This document shows, one piece after another, positions 63,792-64,000 of a DNA stretch of 64,000 bases; position 1 is the first letter of the stretch; every line of letters begins with the position of its first letter. The translations under genes were made by a program, and so were the position numbers. The DNA is from Paracoccaceae bacterium (GTDB taxonomy: Bacteria; Pseudomonadota; Alphaproteobacteria; Rhodobacterales; Rhodobacteraceae): NCBI GenBank assembly GCA_021648025.1, contig JAKITO010000016.1, positions 164 through 64,163 of the forward strand, read 5' to 3'. The notes beneath the pieces were generated by a model. It searched no databases. It had not been told where the DNA came from and saw only the letters and a list, made by a program, of their open reading frames with translations.

Positions 63792-64000
63792 ATGACCAAA
63801 ACCAACGGCTCCAAGAAGAGCAATTCTGATCTTCTCGGTCATTATACCGAAATGCGCCGCGTGCGGACTTTTGAGGACCGCGTTGGAGAGCTTTATCTAC
63901 GTGGCGCGAGCGCGGGCTCAATGTTGCACCTTTCCATTGGAGAAGAGAGCGCGGCAGTTGGTGTTTGCTCAGCGATGCGCGATGGTGACACGTTTACGAC
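63792..64000 (+). CDS. TPP-dependent dehydrogenase E1 alpha subunit, N-terminal part (runs off the window)
   Basis: Hand translation from ATG 63792 gives MTKTNGSKKSNSDLLGHYTEMRRVRTFEDRVGELYLRGASAGSMLHLSIGEESAAVGVCSAMRDGDTF. This is the typical AcoA/PdhA N-terminus. Confidence 0.7.
   Translation, partial: MTKTNGSKKSNSDLLGHYTEMRRVRTFEDRVGELYLRGASAGSMLHLSIGEESAAVGVCSAMRDGDTFT

Noticed and set aside
1-64000. A CRISPR array, rRNA genes, a retron or reverse transcriptase, or prophage structural genes.
   Set aside because: I found no spaced direct-repeat array. The only perfect tandem repeat is the in-frame 12-mer at 56244-56291. I saw no rRNA-like stretches and no RT, integrase, capsid or terminase-like ORFs in any frame.

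Overview
This is a 64-kb chromosomal segment from a high-GC alphaproteobacterium. Gene content and protein sequences look Rhodobacterales/roseobacter-like, which is an inference. GC statements below rest on my own spot counts of single 60-nt lines, not a computed profile: core genes gave about 60-67% GC and the insertions about 45-55%. The backbone runs in this order: EamA transporter (partial), HU, AMP nucleosidase plus adenine deaminase, a 2OG-oxygenase-fold protein, and an r-protein block that runs only from rpmC to rpmD. Then come Mrp/ApbC, a catabolic group (amidohydrolase, MarR, M19 dipeptidase, Fe-ADH, aldehyde DH, GS-like enzyme), and the phenylacetate (paa) genes in two arms. These are followed by an FAH-family hydrolase, ribH2 behind an FMN riboswitch, a PaiB-like protein, GST, cytochrome bc1 (petABC), mtaB-dapF and tRNA-Lys(UUU). 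After the tRNA come GntR plus a TRAP transporter, Lrp plus an Ehu-like ABC transporter plus a PLP enzyme plus a molybdopterin oxidoreductase, and a lower-GC block to the window end (SorC regulator, sugar ABC transporter, E1-alpha start). Several accessory insertions interrupt this backbone. (1) At 54.6-59.2 kb there is an orphan T6SS-style cargo island: a DUF4123 adaptor, a Tle1/DUF2235 lipase with a hyper-acidic repeat linker, a membrane-anchored putative immunity protein and two unknown ORFs, with no T6SS core genes in view. This is the best candidate for an undescribed arrangement. (2) A VapC/PIN toxin is paired with a chimeric, non-canonical antitoxin and sits in-line inside a catabolic operon. 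(3) An orphan ParA-like ATPase follows directly after the terminator that ends the truncated r-protein block. (4) A singleton gene encodes a protein with a LysM-like segment and a hydrophobic C-terminal tail. (5) A rhodanese-HigA fusion sits inside the paa cluster. (6) A decayed IS3-family transposase end lies next to tRNA-Lys. No CRISPR array, rRNA, integrase or reverse transcriptase was seen.
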